A stretch of DNA of 64,000 bases from an uncultured Chthonomonadaceae bacterium (GCA_963817895.1 CAWFQB010000001.1:992001-1056000), one strand, 5' to 3'; positions 18,925 to 30,300 are shown, numbered from the stretch's first letter. The notes: generated from the sequence alone by a model not told the origin. Numbers and translations are program-made.

Positions 18925-21282
18925 CTACGCGAGTGCTTGGAAGAGGCGGTAATCCGGCGTGGATAGACGCTGCGCGGACTGGAGAGCACTCCAGTTGATG
19001 CCGCAATCGCGCAGGTAACACTCCAGAGCGTCTTCCAGCGGCTGTAGCATTTGCCCCCATTCCGTGCCAAGTACCGTGTACAGCGGACGCCGCGCGGTCA
19101 GGCGCAGTTCACGGGTCGGGCATGCATGCAGGGTTGCCGCTTCAATGCCCGCTTTTTCCGCCGCCATTCGCGCCAGTTGTTCCCAGGTGACGGCTCCCGC
19201 ATTTGCCAGATGCCATACGCCGGTCGCGCCGTCAAGCAGCAGGTCCAGACAGGCGTGAACCAGATCAGGCACATACGTCGGGGAAACGATAGCATCATTG
19301 ACGGCGACAAACGAGTCGCCTTCCGCCAGCGCGCGCAGGGCGGTCGCGACGAAATTGCAGCCGTTCCACGGGCTGAACAATGCGCTCGCGCGGACAATCA
19401 GCGCGTCGGGCATAATCTCCTGCACCAGTTTCTCGGCCTTGCCCTTGCTTCTGCCGTACACGTTCATCGGCGTCGGCGGGTCGCTTTCCAGATACGGCTC
19501 GGTCTTACGCCCGTTGAAAACCAGATCGGAAGAGAAGGTCAGCAGGGGGATATTCAGCCGCTTGCACTCCGCCGCCAGCAGGGCAGGTCCGGCGGTATTG
19601 GTCTGATAACAACGCTCCTCGTCCCCCTCCGCCCCATCTAAATCCACGTAGCCCGCCGCGTTGATAATCGCCCAGGGGCGATGCCGCTCCAGTTGCGCTT
19701 CCACGGAAGACACATCGGTAATGTCCATGTCCGGGCGTGACAGCGCGACGTGCGGGATACGCCGCATCTGGCACAATCGCGCGAACGCATAGCCCAGTGT
19801 ACCCGCCGCGCCCGTGATAAGCAGGGGACGCGCTTCCTTGAAGCGGGGACGGCGTTTCACAAGCGTGGCAGGCTTCCGAGGTTCGCGCTGTTCCCCGGCA
19901 TCCGCTTCTTCCGTCTCAAGCGACGCCGTTTTCTGTTCCTGCTGTTGTTCCCGGTTCAATTGTTCCAGACTCCAATCTTCGGCAGGGTACAGCAGGCGCA
20001 GGGGTTCGCGCCACCAGCCCTGCGCGGACATGACCGGATGATCGGGTTTTTGCCCCCGCGCCAGTTGCCGCGTCAACTCGGCCAATGCGGTGGGGCGCGG
20101 ATGACCGCCCCGAACATCGAACACGCCCGACTCGTAGTGTCCCCGGCAGTTGGTCAGAAGGCTGTCCCAATCATAGGAGCCGAGCAGCGCCCATACCGTC
20201 ACAGCCTGCATGTCTATCCCCTGCTCGCGCGCCTCCGTCGCCGCCTGCCACACGTCCCACAGCCAGCGCATCTGCTCCTCGCGGGTGCAGCCTAAATGCG
20301 CTTCCGTAATCGCGAGGGGTAAATGGTACCGCTCCCATGCTTCCGCTATGATACCCCGAATTCCTCCTACGCCCTCCATCAGGGCGCGAATAGCCTCCAC
20401 ATCCGCGTAGCGGTCGCGTCCATTGCCTGCCCGTGTCTGTTCGGGATAGCGTTCACAGTGCTCATCCAGAAAACGTTCGCTCGTCAGATAGTGGTTGATG
20501 CCGATAATATCGGGCGGGCAGGGGTTTTCCTGAAACCACGCCAATTCCGCTTCGCTAATTTCACAGCCGCGCAAATGTTTCCACATGCGATGCTCCCGGT
20601 TGACTCGCCCACACAGCAAATCCCAGGTAATCCAGCGCCGCTCGTTTTCAAAATCCGCCTGATACCGCATGTGGGGCGTACTGTACGTTTTGCCCAGATC
20701 ATCCGTTTGTATCAGCCGCGCGGCGGGGTTTATCTCGCGAATGGCCTGCATGGACAGGGCAACCGCGAGGCACTGATTGACCACTGCCCGGGCAAAACAC
20801 GGCTCATCCGTGCCGTGCGGATACCAGTGTCCGTACAGGCCGCTGAACCGCGCCGTCGTGAGCGGCTCATTTACGGGCGTGTAATCCTGAACCCAAGGAT
20901 AGCGGCGGGCCACGCGGCGGGCGTGAGAAGCCAGACCGTCCGCGAAATCGGGGGAAACCAGGCTCGTATGGCGCGGGCCGCTGCCGTGATGCGTCAGACC
21001 CACAATCGGGCGAATGTTCAATTCGCGCAGCCGCGCCATGCGCGTATCCGCCCAGGACCAGTCGCAGTCGCCCGTATTGTTTTCGCCCGTGAACCGCTCC
21101 CACAGAACCGGGTAGCGCAGGGCGCGGATGCCCAATCCGGCGAACAAATCCAAATCTTCCAATCGGGCGGCGTGGCCGTTGCGGGCAAGCTGATCGTTAT
21201 AATCATTACCTACGCGATTTATCGTACATTCAATGCCTCCCCAGAGCTGCGGGGCCGGGGGATGCGGGTGTTGCTTCGTCAA
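18925..21282 (-). CDS. Fusion of GH1-like glycoside hydrolase and RmlD-like (dTDP-4-dehydrorhamnose reductase) SDR domain
   Basis: LWGGIEC, YPVLWE, TPVNEP, GINHY, AITEAH; then LITGAAGTLG, NAAGY, FSSDLVF, YGRSK, SPTYVPDL; likely TTG start at 21282 after GGGAG. Confidence 0.85.
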   Translation of the reverse strand: MTKQHPHPPAPQLWGGIECTINRVGNDYNDQLARNGHAARLEDLDLFAGLGIRALRYPVLWERFTGENNTGDCDWSWADTRMARLRELNIRPIVGLTHHGSGPRHTSLVSPDFADGLASHARRVARRYPWVQDYTPVNEPLTTARFSGLYGHWYPHGTDEPCFARAVVNQCLAVALSMQAIREINPAARLIQTDDLGKTYSTPHMRYQADFENERRWITWDLLCGRVNREHRMWKHLRGCEISEAELAWFQENPCPPDIIGINHYLTSERFLDEHCERYPEQTRAGNGRDRYADVEAIRALMEGVGGIRGIIAEAWERYHLPLAITEAHLGCTREEQMRWLWDVWQAATEAREQGIDMQAVTVWALLGSYDWDSLLTNCRGHYESGVFDVRGGHPRPTALAELTRQLARGQKPDHPVMSAQGWWREPLRLLYPAEDWSLEQLNREQQQEQKTASLETEEADAGEQREPRKPATLVKRRPRFKEARPLLITGAAGTLGYAFARLCQMRRIPHVALSRPDMDITDVSSVEAQLERHRPWAIINAAGYVDLDGAEGDEERCYQTNTAGPALLAAECKRLNIPLLTFSSDLVFNGRKTEPYLESDPPTPMNVYGRSKGKAEKLVQEIMPDALIVRASALFSPWNGCNFVATALRALAEGDSFVAVNDAIVSPTYVPDLVHACLDLLLDGATGVWHLANAGAVTWEQLARMAAEKAGIEAATLHACPTRELRLTARRPLYTVLGTEWGQMLQPLEDALECYLRDCGINWSALQSAQRLSTPDYRLFQALA

Positions 21283-21393
21283 ATACTTACTCCCAATTCC
21301 ATAAGCGAATGGCTGCTGTTGTCTGCGATTGCTATTCAAACGTTGCTGCAAACGGACGCCAACACGCGCTTATGGAGTGTTCCCGCCGGACAT

Positions 21394-22365
21394 TCATCCT
21401 GGAATATTCGTCCGGCAGGAGATATTGTCTTGCTCGGTTTGAGCCGCTACGGCAATGGTTTGCCCTGTTCTCTGAATCGCAAGGCTTGCCGGACGGCGTT
21501 GTGTTAAATCGAAACGGTCGTTATGGCTTAAAATGTGCAGGGTGAGATTATAAAGAGAAAGGGCGGAATCGCGGGCTTCATCCGCAATGTTGGAGTAGGT
21601 CACGCGCCCCCCATCCGCCACATACACTCCCCCGTTGCCCAGCACGGTAAACCCCTGCTGCGCGTCGTCTACGACAATGGCGGTATTCTCATCAATGCCG
21701 ATGCCCAGGATACGCGGGTTTTGCGCTACCGCGCCGAGCAGCCTGCCGATACGTCCCCGCTCGGCGAAATGCTGGTCAATAATCGCGCTGCCAATCAATC
21801 CCAGGCCGGGGGCCATCATCAAATCCCCGATACGGTACGATTCGTCGCCTGTGCCGCGCACAAGCATGGTTTCGCACATGGCGGACGCGCCCGCCGATGT
21901 GCCGGCAATCACGCCGCCCCCGTTGTAAATCGCCTGAATCCGCTCCATAATGGGCGTGTCGCCGATCTGGCTGGTGATTTTCAACTGGTCGCCGCCCGTA
22001 AAGAACAGGCACGCCGCGCCCTCCAAAAGCGCGACCCTGTCCTCCTCAAAAGCTTCATGACGGTTTCGTATAGTAAGTTCTACGACTTCGGACGCGCCCA
22101 ATTCCCTGAATGCGGTCTGGTAGGGTTCAAAGTAGCCCTCCGGCTGATGCGAGGCGACCGTAGTGACGACAATTTTGCCGCCCCCGACGCGCCGCGCGAT
22201 TTCGCTGAGAATTATTTTCTCGCCGGTTTTGTCCTCATGCCCGCCGATGATAACGAGTGTGCCGCTTGTCTGATTTGTTCCCTGCAATCTACTGTTGCCC
22301 CGTGTTTCCGTGCCATTTTTTTCGCGATGCTTTCCGTTTGCCGTATGTTCACTGGTTTGGGTCAT
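21394..22365 (-). CDS. cphB: Cyanophycinase
   Basis: IIGGHED, FTGGDQ, GTSAGA (catalytic Ser), IDQHFAERGRIGRL, GIDENT. Confidence 0.93.
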   Translation of the reverse strand: MTQTSEHTANGKHREKNGTETRGNSRLQGTNQTSGTLVIIGGHEDKTGEKIILSEIARRVGGGKIVVTTVASHQPEGYFEPYQTAFRELGASEVVELTIRNRHEAFEEDRVALLEGAACLFFTGGDQLKITSQIGDTPIMERIQAIYNGGGVIAGTSAGASAMCETMLVRGTGDESYRIGDLMMAPGLGLIGSAIIDQHFAERGRIGRLLGAVAQNPRILGIGIDENTAIVVDDAQQGFTVLGNGGVYVADGGRVTYSNIADEARDSALSLYNLTLHILSHNDRFDLTQRRPASLAIQRTGQTIAVAAQTEQDNISCRTNIPG

Positions 22366-23284
22366 GCGCGTTCCCCCCTTCCTCGCCCTTTTCTTCGCTC
22401 TTTTGAATATAAGCGCGGGGCGCATCCGTTTGGTTGCTCTGGTACGCGCAGGCCATTTGCGCGGAATTGTGCGTCCACCCGATATTCCCGGCGTTATTCA
22501 GCAGAATACAGCCGGCCTCTCCCTCCGCGTACTCCACCAGCATTTGAATCGCGGCCTGTCCGGCTTGTTCTACAGCAGCATCTGTTTTTAATCGGTCAAT
22601 AGTACGCGCCGCAAGCGCGCTGCGCATGATCGCTTCGCCATCGCCCGTCATGGCGCAGCCTCCCGTTCGGCTGTCCGCATAGAATCCCGCGCCGACCGAG
22701 GCGGAATCTCCCACGCGACCGGGGATGTTGTTGCCCGTGCCGCCTGTGGAAACGCCGCAGGCTATATTGCCCGACAAATCCAGCGCGACTGCGCCCACTG
22801 TGTTGTTTGCGAGTGGCTTTTGAGAGGCTTGCTGCTGCTCCGTTTCCCACTTCTCGCATTGTTCATCCGTTATCAGGGCGTCGGGATTACAGAGTTCCGC
22901 GCCGTTTTGCTCCGCGAACTGCCGCGCATACGGCCCGACAATCAGAACGGGCGGCTGTTCCAGCACAAGACGCGCTACGGAAATGGGATGCCGAACGCCT
23001 TCGATAGCGCCGACTGCGCCCGACTCGCGGCGGCTGCCGTCCATGATTCCGGCGTCCATGCGCGCCTTGCCGTCCGCGTTCAACACCGAGCCGTAGCCCG
23101 CATTGAATACTGGATCGTCCTCCAGAACGCGAATCGCCGCTTCTACGGCATCCAGCGCGCTACCGCCCTCTTCCAGCAGTTTCCACCCGACGCGGACAGC
23201 ATTCAGGCAGCCCTGTTTCGCCGGTTCGCGCTTTTCCGGGGGCCACGATTTGGCCCCTCCGTGAACAATCAACGCGATACTCAT
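22349..23284 (-). CDS. iaaA: Isoaspartyl peptidase / L-asparaginase (Ntn hydrolase)
   Basis: IVHGGA, LEDDPVFNAGYG, MDAGIMDG, N|TVGAVA autocleavage Thr, STGG, GRVGDS, TGDGE. Confidence 0.92.
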   Translation of the reverse strand: MSIALIVHGGAKSWPPEKREPAKQGCLNAVRVGWKLLEEGGSALDAVEAAIRVLEDDPVFNAGYGSVLNADGKARMDAGIMDGSRRESGAVGAIEGVRHPISVARLVLEQPPVLIVGPYARQFAEQNGAELCNPDALITDEQCEKWETEQQQASQKPLANNTVGAVALDLSGNIACGVSTGGTGNNIPGRVGDSASVGAGFYADSRTGGCAMTGDGEAIMRSALAARTIDRLKTDAAVEQAGQAAIQMLVEYAEGEAGCILLNNAGNIGWTHNSAQMACAYQSNQTDAPRAYIQKSEEKGEEGGNAHDPNQ

Positions 23285-26133
23285 ACCTGCTCCTGTTCTT
23301 TCGCTTCGCCCGATTGCGGGGTCGGATACTGGAACGACGTGATGCGCTCCCAGCAGCCATAGTAGTTGTCGCAGAACACCAGCACCAGATCGTTGGGGCG
23401 GGCGCGTTCCAGCGCGCCCTGAACCGCCGCGCACTCATCGCTGATGTGCGTGATATTATCTTTGGACAGCCCGCCCGCAATAGCCCCCTCCTCAATCAAC
23501 TGAGGAACTATGCCTTTGGGCCTGCCGCGCAGCAGCGTCGTCTCTTTGATAACCATCTCGTCGCTGATTTCCGCCACAATCGCGCCCAGATCCCGCGTGT
23601 CCTGATCGCGCCGATCCCCCGTACCCGTCAGCACGGATAGAACGCGGTTGTAGCGGGACCGCATCCGCTTGATAAGCCCGATAAACTCGCGCATCCCGTC
23701 CGGGTTGTGCGCGTAATCCAGAATCACGCGGAACGGCAACTTGTCGTAGATGTTGAGCCGCCCCGGATTATGCTCGAACGTGGTCGCGAAACTGCCCAGC
23801 GCTTTGCGAATGGTGTCGGCAGGAACGCCAAGCCCGTATGTAATCGCCGCCGCCGCCAGCGCGTTTTGAACGTTGAAACGCGCCATGCCCTCAATCGTGG
23901 CGGGTATCTCATGCGCCCACAACAGGGGGATATACTGCTCGCCATCATAGATGGTGAGCATGTCGCCCTTCAATCCCGGCTGCAAAACGACCGCTTTGCC
24001 GCCGCCCTGTATGTGTTGGCGCAGATGTTCCGGGCTGTCCTCGCCGCCATGCATGGAAAAGAAGATCAGTTTCCCCTCGGCGCGGCGGCGCATCCGCGTG
24101 GTCAGCGGGTCATCGGCGTTGAGAACGCTGTGTCCGTCCTCCTTCACCACTTCCACGATCAGCGATTTCACCCAGGCGAGGTCTTCAATGGTTTCCACGC
24201 CCTTCAGTCCCAGGTGGTCGGGCTGAATGTTCAGCACGGCTCCCACATCGCAGCGGTCGAAGCCCAATCCTTCGCGCAGAATGCCGCCCCGCGCCGTTTC
24301 CAGCACGGCCACATCAATGGTGGGGTCTTGCAGCGTCATGCGCGCGCTTTTCGGCCCGGTCGTATCCCCCGACATCAGCAGATGCTCATCAATATAAATG
24401 CCCGTCGAAGTGGTCAGACCCACGCGCTTGCCGGTCGCTTTCACGATGTGCGCCACCATGCGCGATGTGGTTGTTTTGCCGTTTGTACCCGTAATGGAGA
24501 TCACGGGGATGCGGCACGGAACCGGGTCCGGGAACAGCATGTCTATCACGGGTCGGGCCACATTGCGGGGCTTGCCTTCCGAGGGCTGCAGGTGCATCCG
24601 AAAACCCGGCCCGGCATTTACCTCCACGATCCCGCCGCCCGCTTCGCACAGGGAACGAGTGATGTCCGGGGCCACGATGTCAATGCCCGCCACATCCAGC
24701 CCGATGATATGGGCGGCGCGTTCGCAAATCTCGATGTTGTCGGGGTGCATCACATCGGTCATATCAATGGCCGTGCCGCCCGTAGACATGTTGGCCGTCG
24801 CCCGCAAATAGCACATTTCGCCCTGCGGCAGCACGGTTTCCAGCGTATGCCCGGATTGTTCCAGCAACCGCTCCACCTGCGCGTCAACCGTGATGCGCGT
24901 CATCACTTTTTCATGTCCCACGCCCCGGCGCGGGTCCTGGTTGACGATTTCGATTAGTTGCGCAATGGTATGCTCGCCATCCCCGACAACGCGCGCGGGA
25001 ACGCGCTGCGCGCAGGCGACCACCTTGTAGTTGACCACGAGAACCCGGAAATCATAGCCCTCGTAATAGCGTTCCACGATTACGGCGCGGCTGTGCTGCT
25101 GCGCCTGCTCGAAGCCCCAGATCACCTGTTGGGCGTCCATCAGGTTCAGTGACACGCCCCTTCCGTGGTTGCCGTCAACGGGCTTGGTGACGACCGGGTA
25201 GCCGATTTTTTCGGCGGCTTCCACTGCTTCTTCCGAAGTTCGCGCCATCGTTTGCTGCGGCACGGGAATGCCGGCTTCGGACAAAAGGTGGCAGGTCAGG
25301 TTTTTATCGCTGGCAGTCTCCAACGCGATATGTGAGGTCATGCCGGTCACGCTGGCGCGGATGCGTTGCTGATAGCGTCCATATCCCAACTGCACCAGAC
25401 TCTGCTCGTCCAGACGCAGAGCGGGGATGCCCCGCTTGCGAGCCTCGTCTACAAGGGATTGCGTGGTCGGGCCAAGCGCCTGCCGCTCGGCGATCCGAAT
25501 CAGGGCTTCCAGTTCGGTCTGGAAATCGAACGGCGCGTCGGGCGTTTCCACCAGTCGGGCGTCAGCAGGAACAAACATTTCCAGTCCCGCGATTCCGCAC
25601 AGTTCGGGCGGCAACAGGGTGTCTATCAGGCGCAGCGCCATCCATCCGGCCAGCAGGCCCACCCGCTCTTCCAGATAGGAATAAACGACATTGTAGCTTC
25701 CCGGCTGCTCCTTGAGTTCGCGCGTTTTACCATAAGTGACGGGCGTACCAGCCAGGCATTGCAATTCCATCGCTACATGCTCGGCAACGTGTCCAAGCCA
25801 GGTTCCCTCTTCCAAACGCCGGACAAAGCCGCCCGGTTCTCCATACGAGCAGCCATGCTCATGCAGAGACGGAACCAGTTTCAGCAATTTTTGTGTAAAT
25901 CCAGGCAGGCGATTGGTCGGGAACTGTTCCAGAGTTCCGAGGTCAATCACAAACCGAACGATGGGACGATAGCCGTAGGGATTGGGGCCGCGATACACGC
26001 GAGTTTCCATTATCCGCATCGGCTGCGTGTCTTCAGCCATTTCCGCGTGTCGGCCCTCCTGAGCATGCGCGCTGAGTTCTTGAATTTGCGCTACAGCCCC
26101 GGCGGCGAGTTCTGTAGCCATTATATTTTCCAT
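23281..26133 (-). CDS. cphA: Cyanophycin synthetase CphA1
   Basis: RGPN, LGPTTQSLV, QLGYG, ATP-grasp KPVDGNHGRGV, EVNAGPGFRMH, Mur-like ITGTNGKTTT, ETARGGI, DYAHNP. Confidence 0.97.
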   Translation of the reverse strand: MENIMATELAAGAVAQIQELSAHAQEGRHAEMAEDTQPMRIMETRVYRGPNPYGYRPIVRFVIDLGTLEQFPTNRLPGFTQKLLKLVPSLHEHGCSYGEPGGFVRRLEEGTWLGHVAEHVAMELQCLAGTPVTYGKTRELKEQPGSYNVVYSYLEERVGLLAGWMALRLIDTLLPPELCGIAGLEMFVPADARLVETPDAPFDFQTELEALIRIAERQALGPTTQSLVDEARKRGIPALRLDEQSLVQLGYGRYQQRIRASVTGMTSHIALETASDKNLTCHLLSEAGIPVPQQTMARTSEEAVEAAEKIGYPVVTKPVDGNHGRGVSLNLMDAQQVIWGFEQAQQHSRAVIVERYYEGYDFRVLVVNYKVVACAQRVPARVVGDGEHTIAQLIEIVNQDPRRGVGHEKVMTRITVDAQVERLLEQSGHTLETVLPQGEMCYLRATANMSTGGTAIDMTDVMHPDNIEICERAAHIIGLDVAGIDIVAPDITRSLCEAGGGIVEVNAGPGFRMHLQPSEGKPRNVARPVIDMLFPDPVPCRIPVISITGTNGKTTTSRMVAHIVKATGKRVGLTTSTGIYIDEHLLMSGDTTGPKSARMTLQDPTIDVAVLETARGGILREGLGFDRCDVGAVLNIQPDHLGLKGVETIEDLAWVKSLIVEVVKEDGHSVLNADDPLTTRMRRRAEGKLIFFSMHGGEDSPEHLRQHIQGGGKAVVLQPGLKGDMLTIYDGEQYIPLLWAHEIPATIEGMARFNVQNALAAAAITYGLGVPADTIRKALGSFATTFEHNPGRLNIYDKLPFRVILDYAHNPDGMREFIGLIKRMRSRYNRVLSVLTGTGDRRDQDTRDLGAIVAEISDEMVIKETTLLRGRPKGIVPQLIEEGAIAGGLSKDNITHISDECAAVQGALERARPNDLVLVFCDNYYGCWERITSFQYPTPQSGEAKEQEQV

Positions 26134-26575
26134 GGGGGTTCCTTTTAAGTTACTTGCATGCTTTCGCGAAGCCAGGCTTCGCAAATTGAATTCGACCCGG
26201 CGCGGGCGGCGGAACAGCAGCCCTCCGGCGCGTTTCCTGCCATTGGTTCTGCTGCGGGCGCGGGGAAATCCCAGCGCGTCGGCAACGCCGCGCTGTTCGG
26301 ATGCCGCGCCGCCATTGCAAAGGGCAGGGAGGATGGGTAAACTTCGGGCGTGATCGGCATCCTTGCGAATAACTCCCTCCGGCAGCAGGTTAAAATTTGT
26401 GCTACGATGAACAACAGGCGCGGTATGTGTCGAAATTCAGATTGCGCCCGATACCTGTAAGTTCACGCGGCAACATACTGTAACACGTAAACAGGTAGAA
26501 AGCTGTTGTGTTTTTTTGTTATACGAATGGCCTATTCTGAACCGTGAAATTAGAAAGAGGGCGGGGTAAGCAATC

Positions 26576-27085
26576 ATGCAGAAATCGGAAAAGCAGGGGA
26601 AACACAACGGAATGGAAGAGGCGCGGGCAGTGGCGTACCGTTTCATCGGCTATGCGGCCCGCAGCCGTAGCGAGATTGAGAAACGATTGGAACGCGACGA
26701 GTTTACGCCCGAAGTGATTGCCGCCATTGTGGCCGAGTGCGAGGCGCAGGGATGGATAGACGACACGAAGTTCGCCGGGGATTGGATCGCGGATCGCGCC
26801 GACCGCAAAAAGTACGGCAAGACCCGCCTGAAGATGGAACTCCAGCGCAAAGGAATAGACAAAGACACGCTCAACGAAGCCTTAGACAAAGTGGACGATG
26901 AGGACGAACTGAAACGCGCCCTTGCCGCCGCCCAAACCAAATGGCGGCCCGAAACGTTTTTCGGCCTGCCCCGCGACGCGCAGCAAGCCGAAAAACAAAA
27001 ACTCTCCAATTTTCTCATGCGGCGCGGCTTTACGTGGACGACCATCAAACAGGTACTGGCGGAACTGGCGCTCAGAGACGACTGA
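26576..27085 (+). CDS. recX: Regulatory protein RecX
   Basis: RSRSEIEKRL, GWIDDTKFA, YGKTRLKMELQRKGI, FLMRRGF. Confidence 0.9.
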   Translation: MQKSEKQGKHNGMEEARAVAYRFIGYAARSRSEIEKRLERDEFTPEVIAAIVAECEAQGWIDDTKFAGDWIADRADRKKYGKTRLKMELQRKGIDKDTLNEALDKVDDEDELKRALAAAQTKWRPETFFGLPRDAQQAEKQKLSNFLMRRGFTWTTIKQVLAELALRDD

Positions 27086-27102
27086 CCTCTATTTTCGCCG
27101 GA

Positions 27103-29787
27103 TTACTCGATAGTGAAGGAATCGAAAATCTCTTCCGCAAGTTTTAGATTCATGGAATCCACATCGGAGGCGTCCTGCACAATGGCAATCGTAACAACAG
27201 TTCCCCGCTTGCTGCTTGACGCGCGGGCAATCTCTAGCGCGTCTAAACCGAGCGTTACATCTTTTACAGAAATGCGCGACTCAACCCATTCAACTCCTGC
27301 CTGGGAGAACGTTCTCTTCGCATCTAATGGACAAACCACTTGGACATTGTACAATCCCGCGTCCGTAGGACGCTTGGCGGAACGCCACTCAGACGGGTGT
27401 TTTCAACACTCGGAACCCCGCCATAGTACAATCTTTATCTGGTTTGTCCATAAGGTGGGCTTACTGTTGCCTTTTCCTTTGGTTATATTCCGCCAATCCA
27501 CCTGGGCTACCTTCAGGCGGGTTGCCGGCAAAGCAGAAACATCCGTTTGCTGCTTGAATGAAATCACCTGGATTGTCAACAAGTTGTCAGGAGAGCGAAA
27601 CCAGTAATCAACGGCATCGCTCTCAGGCTTCAACATTTGAAAGGTTGAAGGGGCTGTGAAATGGTAGGGCACAACCTTGCCGGAAAAGGGAATGTTTTCC
27701 GGTGGAACAATCGCTTGCGGAATTTGCGCCGCTGGAGCAGGAGGCTGCGAAGCCTCGTTCGACGGAGCAGCCCAATGCGAAACTGGATTCGTGGGAGCAA
27801 TTGCCTGCAATCCCTCACTGGACTGCACAGGTTGCTGCGCAGTCTGAGAGCCGAAAAGCGCATGTCCTACATGTTCGACAGCGGCAACCGGCGCAATAGC
27901 AACTCCCCAACCAACCACGATGGCAGCCATACTTGCCAGCGCGGTCCGCGCTCCCCAGGGCCAACGCGCTGCGAGTGGCTGTTCCTGCTTGCCTTCGTCT
28001 TTTCCCTGAAGAAAGGGCTGCAGCGTATAGGGCAGATCGGCGGCCTCGCCGGTCAGCGGCCACAGCACCGGACACTTGTATCTCACTTCCTGCACGATTG
28101 GATTCCAGTTCGCGTCAAAGTAGACGAAAGCGGGCGCTTCCAGAAAGGGAACCACGCGCGGCATTTGAGCAGGAAAAACGCTGTCCACCAGGCGGCAGAG
28201 TTCCTCATACCTTTCCGGCTCTTGCCAGTAGCCCACCAGGCACATCAGAACTTTGCAGGGTTCGACCAGGCTGCGGATTTGCTCCAGTTCCCACTTCACC
28301 CCCGGGGAAGTGCCGGGCTGCAGCACGACACACTGGCAGCGCTGAAGTTCGTCGCGAACCAGTGTCTGCCACTCATTGTGAGTCGTGGCGGACAGGTAGG
28401 CGCGGGCAGCTCCAGCTGTAGGCAGCAGTTCGCCGGGGCGTCCGATGGCCCTCACAGGACCGTAGGCCCTTAAATAATGGGCGATGGTCTCTTCGGAGGA
28501 GCCGGCGCCCAGCCCGATAACCATGCGTAACAAAGAAACAGGATGGGCAACGAGTACCATTTCGAGAATGGATACGCGCCCGGCATTGTCTTCACGCGCT
28601 ACCTGATTGCGCCGTATCTGGATTTTGTCGCGTACTCCCAGTAACAGCGACAATGCGCCTGACGGCTGGAGCGTCGTCATTGCGTCGTCATTGAAGGGGC
28701 GCAGGTAAAGGATTGGTTTACGGGCATCCTCGCCTTTCTGCGGATCGTAGCGTTGCTGGCACAGTCGGTATCCGGCGTAGATCATCAACGGGGACGGTAT
28801 CACGAGCAGTTGCCAGATATAGTGAATGGCCTGATAGTTGTTGCCGATTAGCGCTTCCATCGGCTTAAAGAGGAGGTCCTCTGCGCCACTGACGAGGAGT
28901 ATCCAATACACAACGCCCATAATCTTGAGCGTCCAGCCCAGCCCTTGTGAGTAGAAGGGGGGTTTTGGTTGTAAGCCTGTTTCCTGCGGCTTCCCGTCAG
29001 GAGCGGCTTCCGGGGAAAGAGAGGCAAGCTTTTTGAAAGTGGATTGCCCCGCGCTCAGGAAGTGCAATCCACCGAAAAGCAACGCGAGACTTAGCGCCGT
29101 GACGACAACCGCTGCCGGCGACTGTGTAGCTGCCGCAGTTGCTGCCGCAAACAAGAAAGTGATAAGACCGACTAAAATCATCAAGGCCGCGATGCATCCT
29201 CCTCCCCTGGGAGCATTAACGTAATAGCGATCCTCCATTACCTTGAACAGCATGGAGCGGACATCCTGAACCTGCGTGTTCGGGATGGAGAAGCGGAGGT
29301 CTTTGCCCTCTTTCTGGCGCAGAATGAACTCGATCATGTGCCTCTGAGAGCGGAGTTTTTTCTCGCTGACAGGCTTTTTTTCGCGCAGTCGCGTCACGTC
29401 AACGAAAGCGATGCCGCGCGGCTGACGCAAATGCCGCTTCAACTCCTCTTCCCCCGACTCCTGACACATCTTCTCGGTAAGTTCAACGCGCCGGGGCAGA
29501 TGGCCTTTGAGCAGATGGTCCTTGTAGATGGCAACCACTTCCGTGTGAAAAAGTCCCTGTTGAGATAGGTTCCGGTTTAATCTCAGAATCGGATAACGCG
29601 TCTGGCAAGCGTCAGAAGAGGATTTACCGGGCGCGGGCGTGACATTCGATGCCGCAGGCGCGTCAACGCCATTGCCTGTGGAACCCGGAAGCGTGGATTG
29701 TGGCGCGTCCGAAGGCGCGTTGCGGGTGTCGTCCGGCGCGGCAAATCGGTTGTCCGGGCGCTCTCCATCGGATTGTGTCTGGCTCAT
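27103..29787 (-). CDS. Large membrane protein with a TIR/NDT-like alpha/beta domain (probable frameshift ~27400-27470 joining ORF 27103-27354)
   Basis: Several TM segments; PILYLRPF...AIGRPGE..P..GAAR...WQTLV...VVLQPGTSPGVKWEL block; C-terminal PsbP-like beta segment. Confidence 0.6.
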
Positions 29788-30149
29788 CTGTTACTCCTCT
29801 GACTTCGATCCGCGTCTGCTGGAAGGCTTGCCTGATGCAGGCTTCGATCCCGCGAACATAAGCAACATAGCATTATGAATTCTATCTCGACAAATGCGCG
29901 CTGGAGTTCATGCGTAAATCAGTAATGTGATAAACCACACCGCTGTTGTTGCCAATCAACGAAAATCAAGAGACAGAAGTTCAAATTTTAATCTCTGACG
30001 AACAAACTACGTCAACATTGACTAATTTCATGTTTACAGAGCAATAGGCCGCATTTAGCCGCATTTTCATGATTTCGGTTAAATGCGCCAGGTCAATGTT
30101 TATCCGGCTTGTCCATGATTTTAGAAAATGCTGCACGTTCACGCAAGCC

Positions 30150-30177
30150 ACAGGTGAAATGAACAAGGGAAGCGAAC
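30150..30177 (+). promoter_or_regulatory. Sigma-H-like promoter candidate
   Basis: ACAGGT-N18-GAAC in intergenic DNA upstream of the cyclase gene. Confidence 0.35.
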
Positions 30178-30300
30178 GATGCCTGGCGAAATGGTAATCA
30201 AGTGAAAAGTATTTAAGTGAAGAGTGAAAGCAAAGGCGCGTTCGCTCTTACTTCTCGACGCTCACTAAACAGATTGTGTAAAGGCGGTCAACCAGGCAGT

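Noticed and set aside
26476..26497. LexA SOS box upstream of recX
   Set aside because: CTGT-N9-ACAG has the wrong spacing for the proteobacterial box (N8), and no GAAC-N4-GTTC is present.
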